Source: Novosphingobium sp. (GTDB lineage Bacteria > Pseudomonadota > Alphaproteobacteria > Sphingomonadales > Sphingomonadaceae). Taken from it: DNA of 58,104 nucleotides. The position numbers and the translations under genes were made by a program. The notes under the pieces are model-generated. The model saw nothing but the letters and a program-made list of their open reading frames with translations. It did not search any database and was not told the origin of the DNA. Shown here in pieces: positions 17,575-27,690 of the stretch; positions within the stretch are counted from its first letter, which is position 1; each line of letters starts with the position of its first letter. The DNA is taken from NCBI GenBank assembly GCA_031421295.1, contig JANOOJ010000194.1, forward strand, positions 1 through 58,104, read 5' to 3'.

Positions 17575-19782
17575 TTAGTCGTTCGTCTTGCCAAGATCGA
17601 GCGCGCGGGCCGGGTTGGAGCTGACGCGTCCGCCGGTATCGTCGTGTCCGTAGGTGTAGGAATAGTAGTTGTAGCCATAGCCGTTACCGCTGCGCCCGAC
17701 CTTGGTCAGGATCACGCCGATCACATTGGCACCCGCATCCATCAGACGGCGGACCATTTCGACGACATTGGTGGTCCGCGATTCGCGGCTTTCAACCACG
17801 ATCGCAGTGGCTTCGGCGACCGAGCCCAGCAGCGGCGCGTCGGCCAGTCCCAGCACCGGCGGGCCGTCGAGCACCACCATGTCATAATCTTCGCGCGCTT
17901 CGCCGATAATGGCCGGGAGGCGGCTCGAACCCAGCAGTTCGGCGGCGGAGCCGACGAACCGGCCGACCGGCAGCAGGAAGAGGTTATCGACTTGGGTCTT
18001 TTCGGCGAAGTCCGCCAGCGGTTCCTCGCTGCCGAGCAAATGTGCGAGGCCATAGCCATCGTCGCGGCTCGATACGAAGGTCGGTTTGCGCAAATCGGCA
18101 TCGATCAGCAGCACCCGACTGCCGAGCCGCGCCATCGAGCTGGCGATGGCATAGGCCGAGGTCGATTTGCCCTCGCCCGGGCGGGTCGAGGTGACCAGCA
18201 AAGTCCGCGGTGCGCCTTCGGGCCGCGCAAACTTGAGCGCGGTGCGCACCGAGTAATAGGCCTCCGATACGTCCGATTTGCGATCAGCGAGTGCCTCCAT
18301 CAGCGTCCGATCTTCGGTTTCCATCGGGATCGCGCCCAGCACCGGCAGATGCAGCTTGGTGCGGACATCGTTGGGATCGATGATGTTGTCGAACAGCAAG
18401 TGGATCGCGAAGGCCAGCCCGACGCCGGCGGACAGGCCGAGCAACAGCCCGATCAGCGCATTGATCATCATATTGGGCCGATAGGGACCCCGCGGTGGCT
18501 CGGCCTCATCGACGAGGCTGACGTTGCTCTGGCCGATCCCGCCAGCGACGCCGATTTCCTTGTAGCGCTGCAGCAGCGCGTCATAGAGCGCACGGTTGGT
18601 ATCCACCTCGCGCTGCAGGATATTGTACTGGATCGAGCGGCTTTCCTCGCCCTGGACTTCGCCCTTGGCGGCCGCGACGCGCGCCTCGATCGCCGCCTCG
18701 GCGCGCTGGGCCGCCAGATATGCGCCTTGCAGTTCGGCGCGCTTGGACGTTGAGGTCCGCCCGCGTTCGCCATTGATGGTTGCATCCATCCGCGAAATCT
18801 GCGCAGCGAGCGAGCGCATCTGCGGATATTCGGGTTTGAATACCTTGGCCTTGTCGTCGTACTGCGCCTGCAGCAGCGCGCGTTGCTGGATCAGCGTGCT
18901 GACGTTGGCGGCCTGGTCGGCCACGAAATCGATGCTGGTGCTGCGATAGGCCTGTTCCGCGTTGATCCGCGTCACGCGGGCCGCGTTGAGCGCATCGTTC
19001 ATGGCGCCCAGATCGGCCACGGCAAGCGTGGTGCCCTGGGTCGGCTTGCCGTCGACCACCGCGCCCGGCGTCTTGAATAGCCCGGCATCGATCGCATAGC
19101 TGTTGAGGTTGCGTTCCGAATCTTCGAGCGCAGTCTTGGTCCGGGCGAGCTGATCGCTCAGGAACTTGCGCGCATAAGACGACGAATCGTAGCGCCGCTC
19201 AAGGCTGCTGGCGATGAAGCCGCGGGCCAGCGCGTTGGAAACCTTGGCCGCCATGCCTGGGTCGGTGGCCGAATAGTTGACCTGGATCAGCAAGCTCTGC
19301 TTGATGGCTTCGACAGTGGTTCCGCCCTTGACCACCGCAACAGCCCGCTCGGTGCGGTGCTGGCGCGTGCCTTCGTTGCCGCCGAACCCCGGCTCGCCGC
19401 TGAGGTTGAGATCCTGGACGATCCGGCGCGCCAGCGCTTCGCTGCGCAACAACCCGACTTGGGTGGCGAGCTGCTCCTGACCGTTCGACCTGCCACCGAC
19501 GGCCCCGCCCTTGACCTGATCGATGACGGTGTTGGTATCCGAATTGAGTTCGAGCAGAGTGGTTGCGCGGAACAGCGGGGTCATCAGCAGCGACGCAAGA
19601 ATGCCCAGCACCAGTCCGACAACGCCCACGCCAAGGATGATCCGGCGGCGCTCGGACAGCACGCGCAGGACATCGCTGAGCTCGAAATTGGAAGCGTGCT
19701 GGATCCCGGCCCCGGCAGGTGCACGGCCCGATGCCTGAACCATTCCGCTGCTGCCCATAAAGTTCGAATTTTGCGCTATCAT
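17575..19782 (-). CDS. wzc: Polysaccharide co-polymerase / tyrosine kinase (Wzc, GumC family)
   Basis: Two TMs flanking a periplasmic coiled coil, Walker A' TSTRPGEGKST, LLIDADLRKP, DGPP, Tyr cluster GYGYNYYSYTYG. Confidence 0.95.
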   Translation of the reverse strand: MIAQNSNFMGSSGMVQASGRAPAGAGIQHASNFELSDVLRVLSERRRIILGVGVVGLVLGILASLLMTPLFRATTLLELNSDTNTVIDQVKGGAVGGRSNGQEQLATQVGLLRSEALARRIVQDLNLSGEPGFGGNEGTRQHRTERAVAVVKGGTTVEAIKQSLLIQVNYSATDPGMAAKVSNALARGFIASSLERRYDSSSYARKFLSDQLARTKTALEDSERNLNSYAIDAGLFKTPGAVVDGKPTQGTTLAVADLGAMNDALNAARVTRINAEQAYRSTSIDFVADQAANVSTLIQQRALLQAQYDDKAKVFKPEYPQMRSLAAQISRMDATINGERGRTSTSKRAELQGAYLAAQRAEAAIEARVAAAKGEVQGEESRSIQYNILQREVDTNRALYDALLQRYKEIGVAGGIGQSNVSLVDEAEPPRGPYRPNMMINALIGLLLGLSAGVGLAFAIHLLFDNIIDPNDVRTKLHLPVLGAIPMETEDRTLMEALADRKSDVSEAYYSVRTALKFARPEGAPRTLLVTSTRPGEGKSTSAYAIASSMARLGSRVLLIDADLRKPTFVSSRDDGYGLAHLLGSEEPLADFAEKTQVDNLFLLPVGRFVGSAAELLGSSRLPAIIGEAREDYDMVVLDGPPVLGLADAPLLGSVAEATAIVVESRESRTTNVVEMVRRLMDAGANVIGVILTKVGRSGNGYGYNYYSYTYGHDDTGGRVSSNPARALDLGKTND

Positions 19783-19835
19783 AAATTGGACGGCCCTGTT
19801 CCGCTGCGACGCCAGCGCGCCGCAGCGGGCTGCGG

Positions 19836-20564
19836 TTAGATTCGAGTGAAAATCGTGAGAAGCGGGATCGTCTGGAGCAGGTCACGATAGAGACTGCGCA
19901 GCGCCGTGCTGTCGACCACAATCGTGTCTCCCGGATAAACGACGGGATTTTCCATCTCGCCATGACGGATCGAGGTCAGATCGAACGCCGCAGCCATGGT
20001 TCTGCCATCGACCTTGCGGAAGATTACGACACGCTTGGGGTTTCCGTCGTTGACATTTACGCCGTTGGCCAGTGCGACCGCGCCGAGCAAGGTGGTCCGG
20101 CTGGTCAGCGAGAAGATCCCCGGATTGTTCACCCCACCCTCAACCGTGATGTTGCGGTTGCTGGTGGTCAGCAGCCGGACGGTGATATCGGGATTCTGCA
20201 AATAACGCTGGCCGTACAGCCGCTCCAGCGAGGCAGCGAAAGTCTCGGTACTCTGGTCGCGGACACTTACCGGGCCGACCAGCGGCAGGTCGAGGTTGCC
20301 CTGCAAGTCGACCTGATACTCGCCCGACAGGTCGGGAACCAGAAACACGCTGACCTTCAGGACATCGAGCGGGCCAAGCGGAACTTCGTAACCTGCTTCT
20401 TCGGAAGACTGCCGGTCCGGCGGCCCGAAATCCTTGACGTCATAGGGAATCTTGCCGCCACGGGTGGCGCAGGCAGCCAGCGCTCCGACCGCCACGACCA
20501 GCAGGATCGCGCGAAGCAGTTGCTTGATTGGGCGCAGAGCGCGTGTGCCCGACAGCGCAGGCAT
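19836..20564 (-). CDS. wza: Polysaccharide export lipoprotein (Wza family)
   Basis: Lipobox LAAC, LGPLDVLKVSVF, LDLPLVG, YLQNPDITV, VEGGVNNPG, VYPGDTIVV. Start approximate. Confidence 0.9.
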   Translation of the reverse strand: MPALSGTRALRPIKQLLRAILLVVAVGALAACATRGGKIPYDVKDFGPPDRQSSEEAGYEVPLGPLDVLKVSVFLVPDLSGEYQVDLQGNLDLPLVGPVSVRDQSTETFAASLERLYGQRYLQNPDITVRLLTTSNRNITVEGGVNNPGIFSLTSRTTLLGAVALANGVNVNDGNPKRVVIFRKVDGRTMAAAFDLTSIRHGEMENPVVYPGDTIVVDSTALRSLYRDLLQTIPLLTIFTRI

Positions 20565-20692
20565 CCGGTTGCTCAACACAAATCTCCTCGTTTCAATCGC
20601 CTGCATGGCAGCCAGGCCGCCAGTGTTTGGGGCTTCTAGGATAAGCTTGGGGCGATGGGAAGGCTCCACGGCTGCGAAATGCTGTCGCGACG

Positions 20693-21832
20693 TCACGCGG
20701 CCGGGCGGGGTACCCCAGCCTGACGCAGGGCGTCACAATAGAGTGCACTTACCCGGCCTTGCGAAAACTCGTCGATGACCCGGCTACGCCCCGCGCTCGC
20801 CATCGCCTGCCACGCGGCATCGTCGGTCGCCGCCGCGCGCTCTAGCGCGGCCGCGAGCGCTGCGGCGTCGCGTGGATCACACAAATAGCCGTTAACCCCG
20901 TCGATCACGACATCGCGGCAACCAGGCACATCGGTTGTGACTATCGGACGCCGCAACGCTGCGGCTTCGAGCAGCACGCGCGACAGTCCCTCGCGGTATG
21001 AGGGCAGCACGACGAAATCCGCTTCCTCAAGCACGGGCCGGACGTCGTCGACCGGCGGCAAATAGTCGATCACGCCTTCGGCTACCCAGCCCGCGACTTC
21101 TTCCGCTGCAATCGCGGTGCGGTTGGCAACGTCGAGAAACCCGATCAGGCGGAAGCTGGCGTCGGGCCAGCGCGCGCGCACCAGTCGTGCTGCCGCGACA
21201 TATTCACGCACGCCCTTGTCGGCGACCAGCCGCGCCAGCATGACAAAGCGGCGGCGCGGGGGCCGCGCCTGCGATTGCGGCGCGAAATGGTCGGCGTCGA
21301 TCCCCGATCCGGGCAGCAGTCGGGCCTGCGCGGCACTCACCAACCCCATCCCGGTGAAGAGGTCGCGGTCGTCCGGGTTCTGGAAAAACACTGCGGAAGC
21401 GCGGCGGAATCCGGCGCGATAGAGCCGCTTGACCAGAGTGGTCAGCAGGTTGCGGCGGATGAACGCGGTTCCCAGCCCCGACACGTTGGGAAATGCTGGC
21501 ACGCCCTGACCGACCGCAGCGAGCGAGCCATAGATGTTGGGCTTGATCGTCCAGCTGAGCCACGCGGCCGGACGGTGGCGGCGGATCAGCCGCCGCAGCG
21601 CGAGGAAGCTGCGCAAATCATGCCACGGCGAAAGGCCCGCCGCGTCGATCGGTACTGCCGCAAAACTGCAGCCGAGTTCCGCCAGCTTTGCTTCCATCGC
21701 CGGGTCGGCGGGGGCCACGGCCATCACCCGGTACCCGTCGGCAAGCAGCGCGCGGATCAGCCCGGCGCGGAAATTGACGAGATTCCACGCGAGATTGGCG
21801 CAGACCATGACCAGCGGCGGAGCAGCGACCAT
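20693..21832 (-). CDS. Glycosyltransferase family 4
   Basis: NLVNFRAGLI, TIKPNIYG, FFQNPDD, LPSYREGLSRVLLEAAA, TTDVPGCRD. Confidence 0.92.
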   Translation of the reverse strand: MVAAPPLVMVCANLAWNLVNFRAGLIRALLADGYRVMAVAPADPAMEAKLAELGCSFAAVPIDAAGLSPWHDLRSFLALRRLIRRHRPAAWLSWTIKPNIYGSLAAVGQGVPAFPNVSGLGTAFIRRNLLTTLVKRLYRAGFRRASAVFFQNPDDRDLFTGMGLVSAAQARLLPGSGIDADHFAPQSQARPPRRRFVMLARLVADKGVREYVAAARLVRARWPDASFRLIGFLDVANRTAIAAEEVAGWVAEGVIDYLPPVDDVRPVLEEADFVVLPSYREGLSRVLLEAAALRRPIVTTDVPGCRDVVIDGVNGYLCDPRDAAALAAALERAAATDDAAWQAMASAGRSRVIDEFSQGRVSALYCDALRQAGVPRPAA

Positions 21833-21838
21833 CGTTCG

Positions 21839-22906
21839 TCAGAAGAACTGCAGCACCGACTGGTACGGAACCCAGGCGAAAGCGTGGCTGGCGAAGATCA
21901 GGAACACCGACTGGATCGAGGCCGCGAGCGCGATCACCAAAATACGCATGAGCATGGTGGCGGGCATGCGGACATTGGCGAGGTCGGCAATGTCGCCCAT
22001 CACCAGGATCTGGATGACGGAAAAATAGAGCGCCATCCGGTCAACTGCGGTTGACGAAGGGCTCAGCACCAGCGCCACCGCAGCACAGCAATTGGCGATC
22101 GCCAGGCCCAGCCAGATCGTGCGCGTGCGCGGACTGTCGATAAACGCCCGTCGGCGCACCAGCAGGAGCAGCGAGGGCAGCAGGCTCATCAACAGCCGCG
22201 TCAGCGCCCCGCCCGATTCGTATTCGGCATTGATATAGCCGGTCTCGAATTCGGTCAGGCGCGGGGCCAGCACCGCAATGAACACGGCTACGCCGATGAT
22301 CGAAAGCGCCAGCGCCAGGACCTTGCGGCGCTGGCTCATGGCATAGCCGAACAGCGGAAAAACGACGCTGGCAGTCGAGTGAAACCCGGCCGCCAGCGCG
22401 AGGAAGGCGATTGTCCGTCCCCGGTTGCCGCGGCGCAACGCATCGATTGCGAGCAGGATCATGCCGATCGCGGCGCCTTGCCGGATATAACCCATTCCGA
22501 CCACGATCAGCAGGTAGGGAACCGCGATCAGCACCCCCAGCCAGGGCTCCCGCGTGCCCTGCGCGGCACGGATTACGCCAAGCCCGATCAGGAACGCGCA
22601 GAACCCGTTGACGTAGTAGATGCCGAGATCGAACTGGCCGGCTACCCACATCACGATGCCGAACGCCGGATCGGTGTCGCCCATCGCCTCGTAAAAGGTA
22701 TCGACGCGGATCGAATCATACATCGCATCATAGGTCTGCCAGTCGCCGCCGATGTTGTAGCGCAGCGTGGCGACCAGCACGTAAGCCACCAGGAAGCCGA
22801 CCAGCGCCAGATACTGCCCCAGGGTTACCGGAATGCGATGATCGCGATTGGGATAGGCCAGCGCCATGAGCGCGGCAAAGGCAAAGAGCAGCCAGTATAC
22901 GGTCAT
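21839..22906 (-). CDS. EpsG family protein (probable Wzy polymerase)
   Basis: Multi-TM; LRYNIGGDWQTY, GYIRQGAAI, AAGFHSTA, AVDRMALY, WVPYQS. Confidence 0.87.
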   Translation of the reverse strand: MTVYWLLFAFAALMALAYPNRDHRIPVTLGQYLALVGFLVAYVLVATLRYNIGGDWQTYDAMYDSIRVDTFYEAMGDTDPAFGIVMWVAGQFDLGIYYVNGFCAFLIGLGVIRAAQGTREPWLGVLIAVPYLLIVVGMGYIRQGAAIGMILLAIDALRRGNRGRTIAFLALAAGFHSTASVVFPLFGYAMSQRRKVLALALSIIGVAVFIAVLAPRLTEFETGYINAEYESGGALTRLLMSLLPSLLLLVRRRAFIDSPRTRTIWLGLAIANCCAAVALVLSPSSTAVDRMALYFSVIQILVMGDIADLANVRMPATMLMRILVIALAASIQSVFLIFASHAFAWVPYQSVLQFF

Positions 22907-23149
22907 GGTGGGTGGGGATGCATCCTGCCAGGTTCAACACCGGACCTTGGCACCAGGCCGGCCCGCGCCGGGAGGTCTCCCGGACACCGGCTTCCCCTAT
23001 CGCGTTCGCCCGCGCATCACAATCGGCTAATCCGGGCGGGCAGATGGACGCGACTGGCGCGGCGATTAGTGCGCGATGCGGCTTGCGCTCAAATCCAACC
23101 GCGCTATTTACCCGGCACCGCTTTAATCCCAACGCAGTAAGGTCCAAAA

Positions 23150-24106
23150 ATGCGCAAACGCGTACTCATTACCGGTGGCACCGGCTTTCTCGGTCGCCGC
23201 CTGGGATTGACGCTCAAGGACCAGTACGACGTCTATCTTGGCGGGCGCAACAACAAGCAGAACATGGTGGCGGAACGGATCACCGGCTGTCCGGTGATTC
23301 CGCTCGATATCGTCAGCCAGGATTCATTCCGCGATGCGGTGATCGAAGCCAGGCCGGACATCGTCATCCACGCCGCCGCAACCAAGTTTGTCGATTTGTC
23401 CGAAAAATTTCCGCTCGAATGCGTCGACGTCAACGTCCTGGGATCGGAGAATGTGGCCCGGGTCTGCATGGATCGCGGGATCGAGACGGTGATCGGGATT
23501 TCGACCGACAAGGCCGCCCCGCCGGTGCGCAACACCTATGCGATGACCAAGGCGCTGATGGAGCGGATGTTCTGCTCGCTCAACGCCAAGAGCGACACCA
23601 AATTCGTCTGCGTCCGCTTCGGCAATCTGGCCTGGTCGACCGGGTCGGTGCTGCCGATATGGAAGCAGATGCACGATGCGACCGGGGTGATCGGCACCAC
23701 CGGCCCGGACATGCGGCGGTTCTTCATTAAGGTGGACGAGGCAGTCGGCCTGATCCGGACCGCAATGGATCATGTCGACGAATTGCAGGGCAAGGTCCTG
23801 ACCCGCAAGATGAAGGCGGTCCAGATCAGCGACATGCTCGAGCTGTGGATCCGCGAAAAAGGCGGCAGGTGGGAACGGATCCCGGGCCGCCCGGGCGAGC
23901 GCGACGACGAATATCTGGTCGGCGAGATGGAACGCCCCTATGCGAGCGAGCACGAGTTCGACGGGTTGACGCACTATGCGATCGACTTCAACATCAAGAA
24001 CCCGGTGCCGATCACCGAAGAACTCTCCTCCGCGACGATGGGCCGGCTGAGCGAAGAAGAAGTGCTCTCGATCATCATGAACCCGCCCGCTGCCGAAGAG
24101 CTTTGA
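23150..24106 (+). CDS. UDP-HexNAc 4,6-dehydratase-like protein (PseB/CapD/WbjB family)
   Basis: LITGGTGFLG, IHAAATK, STDKA, YAMTK, VRFGN, TGSVLP, RPGE. Confidence 0.85.
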   Translation: MRKRVLITGGTGFLGRRLGLTLKDQYDVYLGGRNNKQNMVAERITGCPVIPLDIVSQDSFRDAVIEARPDIVIHAAATKFVDLSEKFPLECVDVNVLGSENVARVCMDRGIETVIGISTDKAAPPVRNTYAMTKALMERMFCSLNAKSDTKFVCVRFGNLAWSTGSVLPIWKQMHDATGVIGTTGPDMRRFFIKVDEAVGLIRTAMDHVDELQGKVLTRKMKAVQISDMLELWIREKGGRWERIPGRPGERDDEYLVGEMERPYASEHEFDGLTHYAIDFNIKNPVPITEELSSATMGRLSEEEVLSIIMNPPAAEEL

Positions 24107-24789
24107 TGACATCGCGCATAACCCATGCGGTGATCATGGCGGCAGGGCGCGGCCAGCGCATGATGCCGGCCACGCAGTACATGCCCAAGGCCATGGTGCC
24201 CTATCTGGAATCGACCCTGATTGCGCGCGGGATCGAAAAGCTGCGCCCGACGATCGAACAGATTCACGTCACCGTTGGCTACAAGGGCGGGATGCTCGCC
24301 GCGCATCTGATCGAGCATCAGGTCACTTCGATCCACAACACCGATGGCCAGGCCAATAGCTGGTGGATTCACCACACGCTGCTCTCGCAGCTGGATGAGC
24401 CGGTATTCGTGCTGACCTGCGACAATGTGACCGATATCGACTTCGCCGAGCTGGCGGCGGACTATTACGCGCTCGGCGCTCCGCCCTGTCTGCTGGTGCC
24501 GGTCGCCCCGGTGCCGGGGCTCGATGGCGATTATATTTTCCATGACGGCCCGGTGGTGACCCGGCTCAGTCGCGACGAGATCGCCCCCACCTATGCCTGC
24601 GGCATTCAGGTGCTCAACCCCGCCAAAGTCGCCGCGCTGACCCCGCCCGACGGCGACTTCACCAGCGTGTGGGAAGCGTTGATGGCGCAGCGCCAGCTCT
24701 TTGTTTCATCGGTCCAGCCGCGCAAATGGTACAGCATCGACACGCTCGAGCATCTCGACCGCGCGATTGAGCGAATGACCGGAGAGTAA
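24106..24789 (+). CDS. Sugar-phosphate nucleotidyltransferase family protein
   Basis: IMAAGRGQRMMPATQYMPKAM motif, C-terminal WYSIDT; start overlaps upstream stop. Confidence 0.85.
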   Translation: MTSRITHAVIMAAGRGQRMMPATQYMPKAMVPYLESTLIARGIEKLRPTIEQIHVTVGYKGGMLAAHLIEHQVTSIHNTDGQANSWWIHHTLLSQLDEPVFVLTCDNVTDIDFAELAADYYALGAPPCLLVPVAPVPGLDGDYIFHDGPVVTRLSRDEIAPTYACGIQVLNPAKVAALTPPDGDFTSVWEALMAQRQLFVSSVQPRKWYSIDTLEHLDRAIERMTGE

Positions 24790-24791
24790 TC

Positions 24792-25766
24792 ATGCCGGCC
24801 GTCTCGGTGGTGCTCAATTGCTATAACCACGAAGCCTATGTCGGCGAAGCGATTGAGAGTGTTCTCGCCCAGACTTGTCCCGATCTCGAACTGATCGTGA
24901 TCGACAACGGCAGCACCGATGGCACCCGCGCGGTGATCCAGTCGTTCGCCGATCCGCGCATCCGCCGCTTGCTGCACGACGCCAACGAATCGCTGTCCCG
25001 CCGACTCAATCAGGGTGTTGCGGCAGCGACCGGCGAATTCGTCTGCATCCTTTATTCCGACGACTATATGTTGCCCGACAAAATTGAACGCCAGCTCGCG
25101 CAGTTTGCGGCGCTGTCGGCCGACTACGGCGTGGTCTATTCCCCCGCGCTGGCGCTCAACCAGCAGAGCGGGGAACGCTGGGAACATGTCTGCGCGCAGA
25201 TCGATGGCGTGTTCATGCCCGCGATCCTGCACGCCTTCGGCGAGGGCTTTCCCGACATCAGTTCGCCGCTGTTCCGGCGCGCATGTTTCGCCGAATGCCA
25301 CTGGCACGAAGACCTGTTCAGCGATGGCGAGGCGATCCACTTGCGGATCGGGCTGCGCTGGAAATTTCATTACGATCCCACGCCGACCGTCGTGCTGCGC
25401 GATCACGGCGGCAATATGGGCAAGGCGATCCAGAAGAATCACGACATGCTGATGGTGGTGTGCGACCGCCTGGCGCAAGATCCGGCGTTGCCCGCAGCGA
25501 TGCAGCCGGACCTGCGCCATTTCCGCGCGAGCGTATGCCGGAGCAGCGCCTGGGTCGCGCTCCGCGTTGGCACGCGCGACACTGGCTGGGTTCGCCGGCA
25601 ATTGCGCGAAGTGCTGCGCAACGATGTCAGATTGGCGCTCCACCCCCGCTGGCTTGGCGGGGCGGCGCTATCGCTGCTGCCGTGGCGCACCCGCGAATTG
25701 CTCAACCGTGCTGCGCGCCGCGCCCTGGGCGTCAAGGAAAACGCGACGCTGGTGACCGATTACTGA
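24792..25766 (+). CDS. Glycosyltransferase family 2
   Basis: VSVVLNCYNHEAYVGEAIESVLAQT, IDNGSTDGT, SDD, KIERQL. Confidence 0.92.
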   Translation: MPAVSVVLNCYNHEAYVGEAIESVLAQTCPDLELIVIDNGSTDGTRAVIQSFADPRIRRLLHDANESLSRRLNQGVAAATGEFVCILYSDDYMLPDKIERQLAQFAALSADYGVVYSPALALNQQSGERWEHVCAQIDGVFMPAILHAFGEGFPDISSPLFRRACFAECHWHEDLFSDGEAIHLRIGLRWKFHYDPTPTVVLRDHGGNMGKAIQKNHDMLMVVCDRLAQDPALPAAMQPDLRHFRASVCRSSAWVALRVGTRDTGWVRRQLREVLRNDVRLALHPRWLGGAALSLLPWRTRELLNRAARRALGVKENATLVTDY

Positions 25767-25773
25767 AAGGACG

Positions 25774-26601
25774 TCAGCCCGGGTGTGCGCCGTAGAGGTT
25801 GTCCCTGACCCAGTCTTCGGCATGCCCGGTCCGGGTGGTTACCGCAAAGCCCTGCGCTGTCAGCAGTTCGCGGACCGGCTCGCGGGTGCGCAGAGCTGCA
25901 TCGTCACCCCGGTCGGCCAGGAAGTCGTGGCATGAAATCACCACCGCGCGCGTCCGCGCCGCGAGGCGGGCCATGCCTGCGATCGCTGCGGTCTCGGCGC
26001 CTTCGATATTCATCTTGAGCAGCGCCACTTCTCCCAGCCCAAGCTCATCGGCCACCGCATCGAGCGTGCGCAGCGGCACATCGACCATGTCGTCCCGATC
26101 GCGGCCGACCACGATAGAATTGGTCAAAAAATTGTCGCTGCCACTGATCCGCGCGGTCCCTTCGCGATCCCCCACCGCGACACCGAGCGGCACGACGTTG
26201 GCCAGCCCGGAGCGCCGGATCGTTTCCTCAAGGCAGCGGAACGTCCCAGGATGCGCCTCGATCGCGATGACCTTGCCGGTCGGACCGACCATGTGGGAAA
26301 AGACGATAGCCTCCTCGCCCACACCCGCCCCGACATCGATCACCGTATCGCCAGGTCCGGGCATCGCCGCGTGGCACCAGTGCTCGATCACCCAATTGCG
26401 GAATGCAGGATAGGTTGTGGTGTGGATGATCGGGCTGACGACGGTCGCCTCGCTCTGCTGGTTGACCCAGCGGCCCGCATGATCGACCGAGAAGCTTTGC
26501 CCCGGATTCTTCCGCCGATAGGCCGCAGTTGCGGCCCGCGCGACCCAGCGGCGCCCACCCAGACGGTCGATCGCTGCGGCGGCGTGAATGAAGGCGGACA
26601 T
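25774..26601 (-). CDS. FkbM family methyltransferase
   Basis: TVIDVGAGVGE, VIAIEAHP, TLD, LLKMNIEGAE. Confidence 0.9.
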   Translation of the reverse strand: MSAFIHAAAAIDRLGGRRWVARAATAAYRRKNPGQSFSVDHAGRWVNQQSEATVVSPIIHTTTYPAFRNWVIEHWCHAAMPGPGDTVIDVGAGVGEEAIVFSHMVGPTGKVIAIEAHPGTFRCLEETIRRSGLANVVPLGVAVGDREGTARISGSDNFLTNSIVVGRDRDDMVDVPLRTLDAVADELGLGEVALLKMNIEGAETAAIAGMARLAARTRAVVISCHDFLADRGDDAALRTREPVRELLTAQGFAVTTRTGHAEDWVRDNLYGAHPG

Positions 26602-26778
26602 GCTGGCGACTCCTCGATCGTTGCGCGCTGACTAAGGCCAGAATCTTGCAAGACAACGAAAATTCTGCTCGCCGAGACATTTTCGCCGGGACAAGTCCGG
26701 GCGGCCTCGCCTAGGCTATTGTGGTATGTGTCGTCGAAGATCGACGCGATGCGTGCGCATTCCGGGGGATTTGAGAAC

Positions 26779-27630
26779 ATGCGGTTGATCGGAAGGTTGG
26801 CGAAGGCAGTCCGGCGCGGATTCGTGATCGCGGGTCTCGATCAGGCGATCGCCGTGGCGGGGCCGGTCCTGCCAGCCATCCTGCGCCCGCGAACCGAGAG
26901 CTATCCGCAGCCCAGCATGCGCCGGGCAACGCGGAAGGGCATTAGCTACGATCTCGATTTGTCCGATTACGTCCAGTGGCTGGTCTATTACGGGGTCGAG
27001 GATGATCAGCGCGGCAAGTTGCTGGCGCTGGTCCAACCCGGTTCCACGGTGATCGATGTCGGCACCAACATCGGCAATGTCCTGCTCAATTTTGCGCAGC
27101 TGGCCGGACCGCAGGGCCAGGCAATCGGGTTCGAAGCCAACCCGGCAACACTGCGTCACTGCCAGTCGAACATCGCGCTCAACCGCTTCGCCAATGTCCG
27201 GGTCGAAGGCATCGGGCTGGGCGAGAGCGAAGGGACATTGAGCTTCGGCCGCGCGGCGGCGACCAACAGCGGCGCCGACCGGTTCATGCCGGATGGCACC
27301 GGCGGGCTAATGGTTCCGGTCATCACGCTCGACAGCTATGTCGACCAGCACGACTTGACCCGCATCGATCTGATCAAGATCGATGTCGAGGGGTTCGAGT
27401 TCAAGGTGCTGCGTGGTGCCGAGCAGAGCATCGCGCGCTTCCGGCCCCGGCTGTTCATCGAGTTGTGCCACGACAATCTGGCCGAACAAGGCGATAGCGC
27501 GGCCGGGCTGCTGCGCTGGCTCGAAGAGCGGGACTATGCAGTGCACGAAGCGCTGAGCGGGGGTCCACTAGCTTCGACCGATCGGCTCGACGGGGTTTTC
27601 GCCGACATTGTCTGTACGCCGCGCGGGTAG
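26779..27630 (+). CDS. FkbM family methyltransferase
   Basis: TVIDVGTNIG, GFEANP, TLDSY, IDLIKIDVEGFE, RPRLFIE. Start approximate. Confidence 0.92.
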   Translation: MRLIGRLAKAVRRGFVIAGLDQAIAVAGPVLPAILRPRTESYPQPSMRRATRKGISYDLDLSDYVQWLVYYGVEDDQRGKLLALVQPGSTVIDVGTNIGNVLLNFAQLAGPQGQAIGFEANPATLRHCQSNIALNRFANVRVEGIGLGESEGTLSFGRAAATNSGADRFMPDGTGGLMVPVITLDSYVDQHDLTRIDLIKIDVEGFEFKVLRGAEQSIARFRPRLFIELCHDNLAEQGDSAAGLLRWLEERDYAVHEALSGGPLASTDRLDGVFADIVCTPRG

Positions 27631-27690
27631 CTAGCGTTTTTCTGCTTAAGACGGCACCAGCCCGACCGACGTAAGTCGGAAAAACTCTAG
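27631..27690. repeat. 60 bp CTAG-ended miniature inverted-repeat element, copy 2 (inverted relative to copy 1)
   Basis: Matches the reverse complement of 14930-14985 with 3 substitutions and a 4 bp (CGAC) duplication. Confidence 0.85.

Noticed and set aside
14930-27690. CTAG elements as integron attC sites or CRISPR repeats
   Set aside because: No GTTRRRY core, no integrase or cas genes, only two copies, inverted and 12.6 kb apart.
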